The notes below the pieces were generated by a model. That model did no database searches. It was not told the origin of the DNA and was given only the letters and a program-made list of their open reading frames with translations. Shown one piece after another: positions 46,281 through 59,394 of a stretch of 64,000 nt of DNA. The number at the start of each line of letters is the position of its first letter. The stretch's first letter is position 1. The DNA is from Dudresnaya verticillata (taxonomy: Eukaryota), in the NCBI GenBank assembly GCA_977862235.1, contig OZ374557.1, positions 744,001-808,000 of the forward strand. The letters are read 5' to 3'. A program made the translations under genes and the position numbers.

Positions 46281-47142
46281 TGTGGTGCGAACGTCTGAGA
46301 CGATAGACCGCCGAGCAGTTCGGGGCTCGGTGGGTAGCTACGCCCTTGGCGGTGGGTAGTCCTGCCGTGGGCGACTTGTTGGTAGATCAAAGGACACGCC
46401 TTGGGTGGACTGTAAACGCACGAGGCGGAAAGGAAGGGAAAAGGAAACAGAAAGGGAACACGTCAATGACGATGGTAGACGTGGAAGCACGGGAGGTAGA
46501 CGCTTGAGCCGTAGGCAGCGGTAGGATACGCGCGTGCGGAACGGGGAATTCTGGACCAAGGCCGGCTTGCCCGGGGTTTACTCAGCGTCTCAGACGGATT
46601 ACCTAATATACTACGTGAGCGACGGCGGCGGGCGTGGTGCGCGGGAACTCAGGACGCGTGTCGCGCCGTCGAGTGTCTGACACGTTGTCGTCGCCATGCA
46701 GCCGCGTGCGCGGGAGCTCAGGAGTAGCTTACAGGCTTGCGTGCGAGTAATGGGTGACTTACAGGAGCATACGTGTAGTAGTGCGGATGATCCGGATTCG
46801 GATCCAGATCCCCGCCAGCATTGCTGGCGCGCGGCCATTACAGGCGCGCTCCTTACATCACTGTGGATCCGGATGCCGGATCCCGATGTCCCATCCGGAT
46901 CCGATCCGGATCCGGGCCAAGCTTACAGGCGTGCGCCTTGCGCCCGGCCGATCGGGATAATGCATCCGGATCTGGCCGTACAGTGTGCGCGTGCGCCGCG
47001 CCGCGCGGGGTAACGGCGGCCGTGTGCCCGTGGTCCAATCGTCTATGACGTGTTCGCGCGCCAACGGCGGTTAACGTGCCGTCGGTAGACGTTGGCATAT
47101 AACACGCTCAGAGCGAAAAAGGGGCCCTCTCCTTGCACCACA
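46281..47142 (-). repeat. 5' LTR of Gypsy-1
   Basis: Near-identical to 33516-34380. Confidence 0.96.
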
Positions 47143-47147
47143 CTTCG

Positions 47148-48128
47148 GATGGTGCACTATGCTTCCAGTTAATGGACGAGAAACTCGCAGGAATGTGTGC
47201 TACATATGTTGATGACTCACTACAAGCAGGAAGCCCTGAGTTCCTAGAAGCCTCCCGAAAAACAGAAGATAAATTTCAGTGTCGAGAAAGAGTCTACGAC
47301 AATTTTCAGTTTGTAAGTGTCCAAGTGGAGACTCACGGATCAGAGTTCCAAGTACACCAGCAAAAGTACATCTCCAAGCTAAAAGATTTGAGTAGTGACT
47401 CTGGCTTCAAGGCGTACCGTTCATTAAGAGCAAAGTTATCATGGGTCACGAACACGAGGCCAGACATTGTTTTCTCAGTCAGCCAATGTGCTCAGGTTAC
47501 TGAAGCTCGCTTCAACAAAGAACCAGTCTAGCACATTAAAACACTGAATGCCATATTACGGAGACTTAGAAGGAAGAAGAACATGCCGCTTCACTACCCC
47601 AAGCTGAAAAAGGACTCTCTTCGAATACAAGTCTACTCGGATGCCTCTTACGGAAATAACTTTGATGGAACGTCTCAGTTAGGCTACATTATATTTCTAA
47701 CCGATGCCGATGACAAATGTCAACCCATCTATTGGTCATCACATAAGTCCAAACGCGTTTCAAGAGCAGCATTAGGAAGTGAGACAATGGCGTTCGCAGA
47801 TGCATTTGACATGGCCTACTCTATCAAACACGACCTCCAGAGAATGATTGGACAAGAAGTGCCTATTGTTTCTCTAACAGATAGTTTGTCTTTATTCGAC
47901 GTTATCACAAAGGCAACTGTGACTGCCGAAAAACGTCTCATGATAGACCTGGCGGTAGTTAAGAATGCTTACAAAGACAACGAACTTTCACAAGTTGGTT
48001 TCGTTCGCTCCGGACATAACCCGACTGATTCGTTAACAAAGAAGACCCCATGCGAAGCTCTGTCCTCCATTCTGGAAAATGCCAGATTCAGCCATCCTAT
48101 CGAACAATGGGTAGAACGTTCCATGTGA
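47148..48128 (+). pseudogene. Copia-2 RT 3' part + RNase H
   Basis: YVDD, TRPDI, YSDAS, TDS and NPTDSLTK; in-frame stop at 47529. Confidence 0.93.
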
Positions 48129-48154
48129 GTTTGTCAAGCGAAAAGTTTTGGGAG

Positions 48155-48759
48155 TGTCGTACTTCCACAGTACTGACTGCTCGATGGACAAGGACTATCA
48201 CGGATAAAGTCATATTGACTTCTAAGGGCTGCTACGGATAGCAAAATCAGGCCGACGGCCTGATATTCATACAGTGGAGGAGTCGAAAGGCAGCAGAGGT
48301 ATTATTGATACCTCCATCCTCCTCCACTATAGAATATGGGCCAGGTCACCCATGCAGTTTACTTTACCGTCGCTTAGACAAACATTGGACAGCGAAGCCA
48401 ACTCCACGCTGTAGGAATAGCTTCTAGTTTGGTAGTGTTTAGACCCATTCCTGGGTGGCGCCATCTAATTTACCCCTCTCCGTTTAGTTTTACACAGTCA
48501 AGCCTAGCGCTAAAGGACTATAAAGTTGCCGTGAACCAGGAAGCTCCCTACTTCCCAACACCAAGCATTTTACCAACTGCACCTCTCCAGAACTTCGTCA
48601 GCTCACCAGCCGCCGTCGATATCTACCCGGCACTATACGCACCGGCCCCCGCGTGTGTCCCGACCCCTCTCGACTACATACCGTCGAGTAGGGCCGGTTA
48701 TCATCCCAACACCAAGACCCGTCCACCTCCGTGGACGAACCCAAGCCGATTTGACGACA
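48155..48759 (+). repeat. 3' LTR of Copia-2
   Basis: TGTCG...CGACA followed by TSD ATTGC. Confidence 0.96.
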
Positions 48760-48764
48760 ATTGC

Positions 48765-48896
48765 AGCGTCCGCACGGCGTTGGGCTGACCGTCCGTGACG
48801 TGTTCGCGCGCGCCAACAGCGGTTGGAGCGCCCGTCGGTCGACGACTCATAACACGCTCAAAGCGTAAAAAGGTGCTCACCCCCGCTTGCACCACA
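48765..48896 (-). repeat. Old diverged Gypsy LTR remnant, right part
   Basis: TGACGTGTTCGCGCG...ATAACACGCTCA...TTGCACCACA matches the end of the Gypsy-1 LTR. Confidence 0.85.
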
Positions 48897-48899
48897 TTT

Positions 48900-50230
48900 A
48901 TGCCTTCTCGGTTGGGTCAAACACGTACTAATACTTTCAATCGGGCTGCATCCGAAACAGAAGAGGTTGAATTTGTCGTTCACTCCGGATGCCCAGCAGT
49001 TGCAAGCAATTGAAAACGTTATGCATAATGCGCCTCGAGGAATTCCGGCAGACAGGGGCAGACCACCATTGGAGCTGCAGTACCTCGGGGTTACAAAGCC
49101 GAAGATTTTAAGATGTTTGGTCTATTCCACGGAAATGCACTGTTTCACGCCCTCGAGTTGAATCGAACTACTTGTATGATCTGGGCTCCCACGGCACAAA
49201 TTCTTCAAGTTGTTTTAAATCCAACGCCTGAGGACAGTGGGGTGGACAAGCTTCGCTTGGTGGTTCAAAGACTGCATGCGTATTTCCCATACCTCTTTTT
49301 CAAGAAGAAGGAACAAGCCTTCTGCTTCACACCCACTACTCAGTTTGTTCTGCACCTGCCAAACCTTATCCAGCAGTGCGGCCCGCTTTATAACACGTCT
49401 CAGTTTCTGATGGAGGACCTTGCGGGCGAGGCAAAGTCGCGAGCAAAATCGAATATCATGCCGGACTTCAATCTCTTCCACAAGGACCACAAACGTTTTG
49501 CGTCCGTCTCGCTCACGGTGGAATATGGCCGTCCGTGAAATCATCAATTGGGAATATGGAAGTAATTGATATGGAAATGGCTCGGGGAATCTGCCAGCTA
49601 GGAGGCGGGGATTTATTCACACAAACTACTCTACGAAGACAGACGGAAGAGTATTTGAATGAGAATAGGGGTGCAGGGCTCTCTAAAGTTCTTCTCAAAA
49701 GCCTTCAACGGCACAAGCGTGCTGTGCTGTCGAAAATTGGCCAGAAGCTTGCCATCGAGTGTGGGGCGGAGTTTTCGAGAAGAGAGCAACGGCTGGGGAA
49801 AGGATCAGCGAGACAGGAATATTGCGTCACGGCACTTTTCAGGGTGTCCCCTGAGGACTTTGAGAGCGAGAATGTTACATCTGAGCCCAAGTCGGAAGAT
49901 GGAGGGGAGGAACAGATGCCGAAGGGCAAGCTAGAGACATACTACGGCTACATTGATGACATTCTGGAGGCAGAATTGTCGATTGTTACAAGTGAAGGAA
50001 AGTCTCTAGAAGACAACAAGGTCTTTATTCACGTTTCATGTCAATAGGATCTCAGGCGCAATAACAGTTTTCAAGTAGTCTACTTTTTATTCGAAAGCAA
50101 GGACAACGAAGAGCATCGAAGATATATCCTGTTTGGATAGGCTGATTGGTTTCTTAGACGTAGCACGTAGGAGGTATTTCTTGGATCCTCGATCGAATAG
50201 AATATTTGGGTACAATAGCCAGGAAACCTT
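48900..50230 (+). pseudogene. CACTA/EnSpm-like transposase, C-terminal remnant
   Basis: LHLPNLIQQCGPLYNTSQFLMEDLAGEAK matches the HL...GP....F.E...G..K catalytic-Glu region; YYGYIDDI downstream. Confidence 0.65.
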
Positions 50231-51965
50231 ACTGGGACTTATAGTGTAGGCTATTATCTTCTATCAATGGATAACATAGATGTGAACAATTTGTGGGAAC
50301 TGCAAAGCTTGGGTATGAGCATAATAATTTTGTCCTACTGGACCTGCATCCCTGAGGTCGGCTACGGCGAGTGCGGTGGACTGGGGGAGCGATGGCGGCG
50401 GAGAGGAGGAGATGGGGTACCAGGGCATGGCGGGGGTTGGATGTTGATGTGGATGGGGAGGTTTGGATGATGATATGGAATGAGAGGGTTGGGGAGGGTT
50501 GGGGAGAGGACGGGGCGGAGCGTCTCTCTCTCTGCTGGCTGAACAGCCTCCTCAAAGCGGAGCAGACTAGACCGGCTTGGCCGCGAGTCGCCGGGACAAA
50601 CTTGGGACAGACATTCCGAGTAAGAGAAAAGGCCGGCCGGTCGGTGAAAAATGTCACGCTGCCCGGCTACACCGTTCCATATCGGTCCTTCATCTACTAT
50701 TTCGACCGCCACAAATCCCGCGAAAGCTTTTTCGACAAAGAATTTCTGTTTAACAGGAGCCGTTTTAACACGCGTGAGACTGATAGCGACGGGCGTGTAC
50801 ATGGTAATTTCGTTCACATGTTTACATATAACTTGTTAACGGCACGTCATTTTGTATTTCTGAGTCCATTTTTGGACTTCTCGGGCTCTGCTACAGCTCT
50901 AATGTTACCTCATAGTTGGCCCCTTGCGCCGGAAGGCCTTTGTTTTTATACATGCCAGGGTGTATTTATACTGATTTCGGGGACTGTATATCGCGACAGC
51001 AACGACCGTCGCGGGTATCGCGATGACGAAGATCGTCGGTCCAGAAGAAACCGCCGTCGTCGATCAAGTTGAAGCAGCGATCGAAGCAGAAGCCATTCGC
51101 CGCGACGCGCAACGAGGCGGGACCGTTCTCACCAGCGAGACCACAATAGCTCACCAGGCGACAGTATCGTCGTTTGAGTAATAATGAGAAGAAAGCGGAC
51201 CTTGGTTTCTGCGATGTTGCTCCGGCTATCCCAGGCGATGCTATGACTGCCGCACATATTGAGGCCCCATCAAAGGCACCCTATGAAATTATTGCACCAG
51301 TGGGAACTGCTGCGGAACCGCCAGTTGCAGGCCAATGCACCTACTACTACCCTCAACCGCCGCCAGGTCATCTATTACACGGCCCAGAAGGTCATGCACA
51401 CCAACCAGCTTATAACGCACCACAGCCTGTGAATTCCGCTCCCGCCAATACACGCCAAGCTGGGTCACATATGTTGCGCATGACACCCCAAGGTAGATCC
51501 GGCATTGAGATTCTGCCGGGTAGCGAGTTTCGGAGTCGCAGCGTCGCGTCAGGAAATAGAGCTCGAGCTTCCCGCTCGGAGACGCGAACCTGCGACCTTT
51601 CACCCTGTGCTGGGCTACTCCAACAGCTCACAGACGACTAGACCAGATAGGTTCTAGTACGCTCTCTCCTTCTCTTTCAGAGCGGAATGATGCGTTTATA
51701 GTGCGGGGCGTTACATGCCGTCCGACCGTGGCGGAAATCAGATATACCCACCCCCGCTGCCTTCTGCCGCAAAAATGGCCTCCATGGTGCGTCAGTCGCT
51801 GTCGCAAGCACAAGGTGCTATCACAAGAGCTCCAGCAAATATTTTTCCCATTCGGGTCCGCAATCAGGGCGACAGGCGGCTCCGCATGTCTATGGAGAGC
51901 CTCGGCTCGCTTCGGGGCCAATACCTGCTGCACCTGGCCCCGACAATCCCCTTATTGTGGAAGGA

Positions 51966-53399
51966 GCTTTTTTAACCGACAACACCGGAGTGGTGTTGCC
52001 GTTACACGTCTGCCCTCCAAAGAAACGCACTTAGACAGGGCTGCCGAAGCACTGTCCAAAGCAAACGGGTCGCCCTTTCGCCTCGCGGAACCAATAGGCT
52101 CAACGCAAAGGGTACTCAGAGTTGCCGAATTACCGCCCCCGAGTCACAATCTGTGGGGCTTGCACTAGCAGACAATTGGTCGCGATGGATACCAAGTGTC
52201 CGTCACCAAAGCGAAACTGAAACCGCAAAAAATGGTTAGCGCTAGTACCCAACCGACGACGATTTTTCAGAGCCCGATCCAGGACGCGGACAGTAATGCG
52301 ATTTTTTCCTAAGTCTTTTTTGACTTATGATTTATTTTTGCGCGTGCGGGCAGAGTCTAATTAGGCAACAACTATTTTGTTTTTTGTTTTTTGTTTTTTC
52401 TTTTTCTTTTTCTTTTTTCTTTTTCTTTTTCTTTTTCTTTTTCTTTTTCTTTTTCTTTTTCTTTTTCTTTTTCTTTTTCTTTTCCTACCGCAAATGCCCT
52501 ATGCACTAAATAAAAAACATTTGTCGCGCATCGCTGGATCTGGATTCGCGTCGCTGGATCTGGATTCGGGTCGCTGCGTCGCCGGTTTGCGTGTTCGCGC
52601 TCGCACCGCTCTGAACTGCGCCCACCACGGATAACCGGTTGAACCCTCCCGCCCCCCCAGGGCGCGCCGCTACCACTCGGGGCAGCCACGACGGGAATCA
52701 AGCAGGATCTGTACCCGTTGCGAAGGGGTCTGCTCTCGCCACAACTCAGCTTACCTGCCCTGGGCTTCCACCCGTGCTTGCGCGCTCGCGTAGAGGGAGG
52801 GGGGGAGGAGTCGTGCGGGAGCGTTCCCCGCCACCGCTCATATGGCCCTGTAGTTTGCGATTTACACGGCCTCAGCGAGATCACGGCGAGCTCACTTCGT
52901 ACCAATTTAATTATGTAAAGTAGCTTTCTAGGCCCCTAGGACAGGTGCGGTTTTAATCACATAAATTAAGAATGGAGGCCCACGGCGGGACTGTAAGATC
53001 GTATCACTGTAGCGCGGCGGCGCGTCTGTCAATTTACTGTCAGAAACTCGGAGCGCACCAATGCGCGCGCGTTGTTTGGTACCGCGGCAAAATGCAGCCA
53101 ATCGGGTGGTGTGGCTTGGCGGTCAGCCAATGGGGTTGCAGCTTTGCTGCTGCTGCTGCTGCTGCTGCTGATGCTGCTGCTGCTGATGCTGCTGATGCTG
53201 CTGCTGCTGCTGCTGCTGCTGAATTTTTCTATTGGGCGTAAAAGGGAGAACTATTAATATTTTTAGGCGTGCGTAGAAATAGGATTGGCGGCAAGGGATG
53301 GTAATGGCGGGTTGATGTTAATGTTTTGTAATTTTTTACGTGTACGAAGCCCTCGAGGGGCCTCGTACACTGACTAATCATTACTATGGGGAGAACTAC
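51966..53399 (-). repeat. 1.4-kb Helitron-associated unit, copy 2 (inverted)
   Basis: Reverse complement of 18122-19511; expanded (TTTTTC)n at ~52395-52484 and (CTG)n at ~53146-53220. Confidence 0.92.
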
Positions 53400-54673
53400 A
53401 GCTAGAATAGCTTAGAATAGCTAATAGGAGGTAAGCGATTTTCCGGCTCTGCTATACTTAATAGGCGCCTGAGTAGCAGGAGCCTCCTGAATAGAAACCC
53501 TCGGTGGGTTTGCGTTTTTCCTTGTTTTCTAGAACTCACGTACTCACCGTACAATCGCGTTCAGGTGCTTTACAGGCACTAGACACGCAAGACAGCACAC
53601 ACACACACTGCAGCCAAACCCCATCCACCGTTTTGGTTTCTTCCCAAAAGTAGCTAAGAAACAGGATTGTTGCAAATCCCATTTGCTGCAACTGTCGAAG
53701 GCGACGCTTGAACGTCAAAACAGCTCTTTCCACCACTATTGACCGTGGACGATACAGTACTGTACGGCTATCAACGGTACGGCAGGTACGGTACACGGCA
53801 AATAAAGCGTAAAGAGGTCTAAGAAACCTACGATACCTCCCGCTCTAGTGCAACCTCCGGCTAATCGCAACAGGACCCCATCTCCCGATAGGTTGCAGCT
53901 ATCGGGATTCCACTGTACTCCAAAAAAATCATACAGAGCTCCGGAACTAGAACGGCGCCCAGCCGGACCCGCCTGCGGCATTGCGCTTCAGTATCAGATC
54001 TACAAGAAAGAACAAGGGGGTTAGCTTCTTCGATGGAAGCCGACCAAGAAACGCCTAGTGTCTATTCGACCGGCGTTTTGCCTCACCTGAGGCCAGAGTT
54101 GGCCCCACTTGAGGCCAGGGTGCTCCGCAGGGCAGTTCGGGGGTATGCAGTAAACGGTGGTGTAAAAAACCTAAATCTTTTAGAAATAGCGAGGCAGGGT
54201 AAACGGCCGGGCCAAACAAATCACCTAGTATTTTCGCGGTGTAAACCGCTTCCTTACTACGCATTTATCTATACAATCGACCCTCCATCGACCCTTTATA
54301 TAGAATGAAGTTCAGGAAAGTTGGCGGGCTAGCAGCTTCACTCTGGGGTTGCGGGTTCAATCCTCGCTGAGTTCATAACAACTTGAAAACTCCTTCGGGA
54401 GCTCGACGGTTTTTTTATGCTCTTACCACAGGAAGCCACAAGGCGCTCTCTTGAACACTGGACAGAACACGGTAACATCCAGTAAAGGAGTATTACGACA
54501 GGTAAGTAGCCAATCCAGCTAGTCAAATAACGCGGATACTAAACTGTAGGGGGCTTAAGGATTCCTTTTTCTTTTGTACGTGGAAAGGCCTGTCACGCTT
54601 ATAGTTTGCTTCATTTGCGGCTCAGTACCCATAAGAGATTGCACTTTTAGAGTATCAAGACCCATGTTTAAAC

Positions 54674-55835
54674 TTACTTAAGACACAATCCATGAACTTG
54701 GTCATAATGCTTTTTAAAGCAACCCCGTTTCGTGTCACTGTGACAGATGTAAACCTCCTTTTTAAAAGTCCGCAAGCATCCGGTACAGAAATACTTTGAC
54801 TTCTTCGTACCTATGCAAACATTGCACCGGGCTTGGTATTTGCATTTTGTCGGACTTCCATCCTTCTTTAAACGCATTCGACTAGTGGAAACAAGGTTAA
54901 TGCCTGTTCCAACATAAACACCAGCGCAAAAGTCTTCTTCCTCATCCGATGATTCCTGAGACCGTCCCCGTTGCTTATTTCGTCGCATTTGTTCTCGATG
55001 AGACCCTCAGCCAGTTTCGAATAGAATTGATGCGGTGCCATCGCCGACCTGTTTCCTTGACAACCCTTGTAGAGCTTCCATGAATCGACAACACAAATGC
55101 CAAAAAGTGTAGTGTTGACGCGTGTTGCCCAATCCTTCACCTCGAGTTTCTTCTCAAGAGCATGGTCATCCTGTCGGCACCTGTTGTGTATGTCAACCTG
55201 AGCACAAGTGTTATAGTAGGACTGACACACAGTTGGAATGTTGACTTCCAATTGCTCCATCTAGTGGCTCCATTACTGGTTCTCCAGCGTTCACGGCAGA
55301 TTGGCGTAGTGTTGACTGATGTTGATGCCGTACTGATAAAGTAGCATCGATTTCTGTCAACCCACATTAGTGCCATCATTTCAAGGTTTCCAGAAGATGA
55401 GACCAGAGAAACATGATCACCCTTATTTGGCACCTCAACCTTGGAAAGGTAATCCATGGGATACGTTTTGGTAGATATCTTGACAACTCCCATAAATCGT
55501 AGCCCTCTCTCATGGAGTGCTTCGGCTCCCTCCACAGTAGCAAAGAAAGAATCAGCACAAACCAATCGGTTTGTTTTAAACCAAGGCTGCAAAAGTCCTA
55601 ACATAACAGCTGTTCCATGTCGGAATTCCCTTTCATGCATCCTCTGGGAACTTTGGTCAGCACAAACAGTCAGTTCCCGTTGTAACATGATTCCACTTCT
55701 CCCGCATGCAGCGGACTTCAGCTCATGCCCATTCCCCGGCTTCCTGTCCATGGCCACATAATGAGGAAAACCCTTATTGATCCAGTCCCCACCCAGCCCA
55801 TACCATCGTGACATACTCTCGTCAACACAGATTAC
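54674..55835 (-). pseudogene. piggyBac-like transposase, 3' part (frameshifted; 5' part displaced by Gypsy-2)
   Basis: ICVDESM, RKP, VCADSFFATV, YYNTCAQVDIHNR and C-terminal CNVC...CTGC...CH...CFKKH. Confidence 0.9.
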
Positions 55836-56613
55836 TGTGGTGCAATCCACTCGGTAGAATCGAGGATGCACCTCAGGCGGTTCGGGGGCCTGGCGGTAGC
55901 AGGTGAGGTAGTAGCGGTAGAGCAGGGGAATAGCCCCGTAGTGCGACTGTAAAACACTGCAAGACCGAGAAAGGGGGTTACCCTAGAAAGAAAGAGAAAA
56001 CAAAGGAAAAATAAGAGAAAAACAGGATTCTGTACGATGAAGAAGGGTAGCGTACGTACTGAAGTCCAGCCTAGCGACGGAGTCGATAGGGTAGGAGAGT
56101 ATGTCTCGCTGGGCCCAAGCTTGGCCGTTTACTGTATGAGGGCGCACCTCAGGGCCCTAGTATACTATCTAGGAGGCGGGTGCGCCTTGGTGGTGGATTA
56201 AGGTAGTGGAAGGGGGGCGCGCCACTTGGCATTACGTGGCGCGCGCAAGTCTATAATTATCTACTAAAATATCAACTGTCAGCCTATTGGTAGTGTGGCT
56301 TGATAGTGTGCGCCAAGGAGGCGCACGTACGCACGTGTACGCGTTGTCGTCTTGCGGGGCCATCCTTGCTGGCAGCGGGCGTCGGGCACTGTCAGGCCGG
56401 GCGCCTTACAGGGACACTTCCCCAGTGTCATTGCTGGTGCACTCGCGCGGTGCCAGAGCCTATTACGAAAATTGACTCTGAGCTCAAGCGTACGCGCAGC
56501 GGGTGATCCGCGGGTATCGGCCGTGATGGCTCGTCGTCCGCAGTCGCGTGAGTCGCGGGCGACGTCCATCATGAAGAATTCTTCAGTAGGGCGCGAAGGC
56601 GATTTGCGGCACA
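55836..56613 (-). repeat. 3' LTR of Gypsy-2
   Basis: tgtggtgcaa...ttgcggcaca, adjacent to the polypurine tract; begins exactly where piggyBac homology ends. Confidence 0.8.
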
Positions 56614-56903
56614 TCTCCCCCCGTTAAGCGGCGAGTATCCGCACGAGCCCACACGCTTATTGTCCAGCCCGCGCACTCTGCGACTTGGTGCAGGACGTTT
56701 GGTGTCGTATCGCATTTCGTAACTGCGGAATTTCCGCGTGTTGGTCTTGCGGCGGGCGTTTCACACGATGCCGCCGAACTTCTCGCTTGCGGAGTTGGAC
56801 CGCGTACTACTCACCGCAGAGTTCTGCATTATACCCTACCCCTGCCGACTTCGAGGGCAAAACGTCGTAGCACGACATCATCGAGTTTGCCAACACGCCG
56901 TGG

Positions 56904-58448
56904 ATGTTCCACACGAACTTGGGTAAGCACGACTTGATTGAGCAGTACGTTTCTGCTGATGGTTTCCTACCTGGGGACCTTCCCCTTCGCGTCTTGAGAA
57001 CGCCTGACTGGCGCCGGCGCGGAGCGATTCGTCCTGAATGGATCCGTCTCCATGGCGGTGAGGACGTGCGTAAAGCGTGGCTGCGGTATATCCGCTTGTT
57101 GTTACAACGCTTGACGCGTACGCCGGGTCGTGAGGTCATCCCCCATGGGTATTGGTTAGACCTTGGTGTATACCGCACCGATCGGGAAATCCCCATGCTG
57201 ACGCCCTCGAGTACCTTCCCATCCCGCATGAGTGGGATGGTGTGGAGCCACGTGTCCGTTAGTCTGCCCTCTTGATGGGCATGCAGCTGCGTGCCGAATT
57301 CCGCTTTGTGCGTAAGCGCGATAATAACGCATACTGGGATAAGGTGCGTTGGGAGCGGCGCGCTCGTTCCCGTTTGGGCTCCTTAGTGCCGTACCCAAAT
57401 GTCGAAATCGACGCGATACATCGCAACTACCGGGAGCGGTGTTACGTGCGCCTGCCGGTCCCACAATGGGGTTTGGTGGAGAGTTGTGAGGGATTCCTCG
57501 TTGAACTGGCGCCGGCGGTGAGCTACACCATATGCTCTGTCGTGGGCTACCCGCAGTCGGGACTATGGGTCGTCTATTACACGGAATTAGTGGCGAAGAC
57601 GGCGGTCCAGTGGCTATGGGAACTCTACGACATGTACCGTATGTGGTACGTGTCACCCACAGTCGTGGGGTTCTTCGCCTCGTTGGACTTGAAGATCGTC
57701 CTCGGTGGGATAAACAACGAAGCGGAATTCCGCGTCTTGCTGGGGTTCTACGCCCAGGTTGACTGGGATCGTGACGAGCAGCGCGTCCCGTTACGCAATA
57801 ATAAGAGGAGTTCCTCATCGACCAACTTCTCTCCTGGTCGCCGCCATCCGGTATGTGGCGACTGGGCCTGGCTCGACCCGTGGTCGAGGACCTTCGTTTC
57901 TGTGGACCGTGCCGCTTGGTTACGCAATAATCCGCGCTCGGTGCCCCCGGGCAGCCGCGGGGTTATCTATTATATCCCGAGGCTGGCGGCGTCAACATGT
58001 CGGACCGTGTGGGGGAATCCTCCGACGTGGGTAGCAATGGGAAATCCCCGAAGATGATGCAATGACGGTCGATGCGTCTGTGGAGAAAGACTGCCCGGTC
58101 GCGGCAGCGCCTACCGCAGCGGATGTCCCGGTTGTGACGGCGGAAGCGGCGGTTGACACGGGTGAGGCCAGTGGCGGCGCCAGCGGCACTGTGCTTGCGA
58201 GCGTGCCAACCGTTCGGCCGCCAGCCATTCGGCCGCCGTCTCCTGACCCTGAGAGCCAGCCTCGCGCACGTCGCGTGCGACTGAGCTTCAGTCAGCGTAT
58301 TGCCGTGATCGGCTTTCTGCGTCGGACGGGAATTCCCGAGATGGCCATCCGCGTCAGCGACGAGGAGCTCCTCGAGGCTGCTGTGGACAAGGGGTATAAC
58401 CCGGATGCCGAGGATGAAGCGGGCCCAAGCGGGCCTGCAGATATCTAG
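56904..58448 (+). pseudogene. Antisense accessory ORF of Gypsy-2, frameshifted
   Basis: Homologous to 34785-37408 (GFLPGDLPL, DWRRRGA, CEGF, YTE, CGDW). Confidence 0.78.
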
Positions 58449-59394
58449 TCGAGCGCCGACATATGGTGTGGGGCAACCGACCCTGTGGGAGTAGCCCATG
58501 CGCTGTAGTAGGGAGAGCGTCGCCATGATCAGGACTTATTAATTTGCTTGTTTGTTGCCTTGTTTGCCGTAATGCGGCGCGTCGCTTTTAGGGGAGTTTC
58601 CCTGAGAGGTGGTGAGGCGTAAAGATTCGCATAGGCAGCTGTCGGCGGGCGACGGGGTCGCGATATGTCGTCATTGAGGCATATGCCGCGCAGCGTGGAA
58701 GTCCACATATCGTAAGGGGCTTGCACGTAGATGTGCCCCGACCACTGGGCGTGCGGTTGCTCAAGGCTGTTGGCGGCTAAGAGCGGTATGTACGGATTTC
58801 CGTTTTGGGCCTGGCTCGCAATTCCAACTTAGTCGTGAACGACTTGGGGGAGGAGGTGAGGTGTACTTGCGGTCGTCCACTAGGGTGGGCCGCTGTGTGG
58901 GCACACGACAGGTGATTGGTGCGGGATGCGTCGGCACCATGATTATCCAATGGGTATTCATGGAGTGGCGCACGGCACGTGACTTGAATGCCCACTGCGG
59001 CGGGCACAGTAGACCAAACGCGTACTGTGGTCTAGCCACATTAATTGGGTATACAGAAGTCTGTTGTCGCGTTTGTTTGCCTATGTTGCATGCTGACCCG
59101 TTCGCGTCAGCGCCTACCTGAGTAGTTGGGCGATAGGGCGATCCAGCCCGTCAACGTCGAGTCGAGTTCGACGTGAGAAAGGGCGTAGCCGTCTAGATAA
59201 GTGGAATGCCACGCTAATTAGTGGCATGCCCACTGTAGGGGTGCCGAAGGGCTTAGGCGCGAACGCTCGGTCGTGTGTAATACCACTTATGTCAAACGCT
59301 TGTAGCGGTAGATGCCACATGAGCACACGCAGGCGGAGGTACCCCCTTATCGTTGGAGAAGGGGCACACCTGTCTACCAGTGGCTCGTGGTTAG

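Larger units (their letters stand above)
33516..47142 (-). mobile_element. Full-length Ty3/Gypsy chromovirus (Gypsy-1), 13.6 kb
   Basis: LTRs 33516-34380 and 46281-47142 with TGTGGTGC...GCACCACA ends. TSD CTTCG at 33511-33515 and 47143-47147. Order gag-PR-RT-RH-IN-chromodomain. Confidence 0.97.
30427..48759 (+). mobile_element. Ty1/Copia LTR retrotransposon (Copia-2), PR/IN deleted, interrupted by Gypsy-1
   Basis: LTRs 30427-31052 and 48155-48759; TSD ATTGC at 30422-30426 and 48760-48764. Confidence 0.95.

Noticed and set aside
51174..51975. Pro/Ala-rich ORFs beside the inverted repeat
   Set aside because: No recognisable domain; fragmented.
52327..53257. Poly-F, poly-KE, poly-A and poly-L ORFs
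   Set aside because: Translations of microsatellites inside a repeat.
18122..53399. Single giant 35-kb TIR transposon (Polinton-like)
   Set aside because: No TSD and no polB, ATPase or capsid genes; the interior is explained by independent TEs.
54540..54680. piggyBac terminal TTAA/TIR
   Set aside because: TTAA sites are present but not followed by a convincing CCC-type TIR; the other end lies outside the window.
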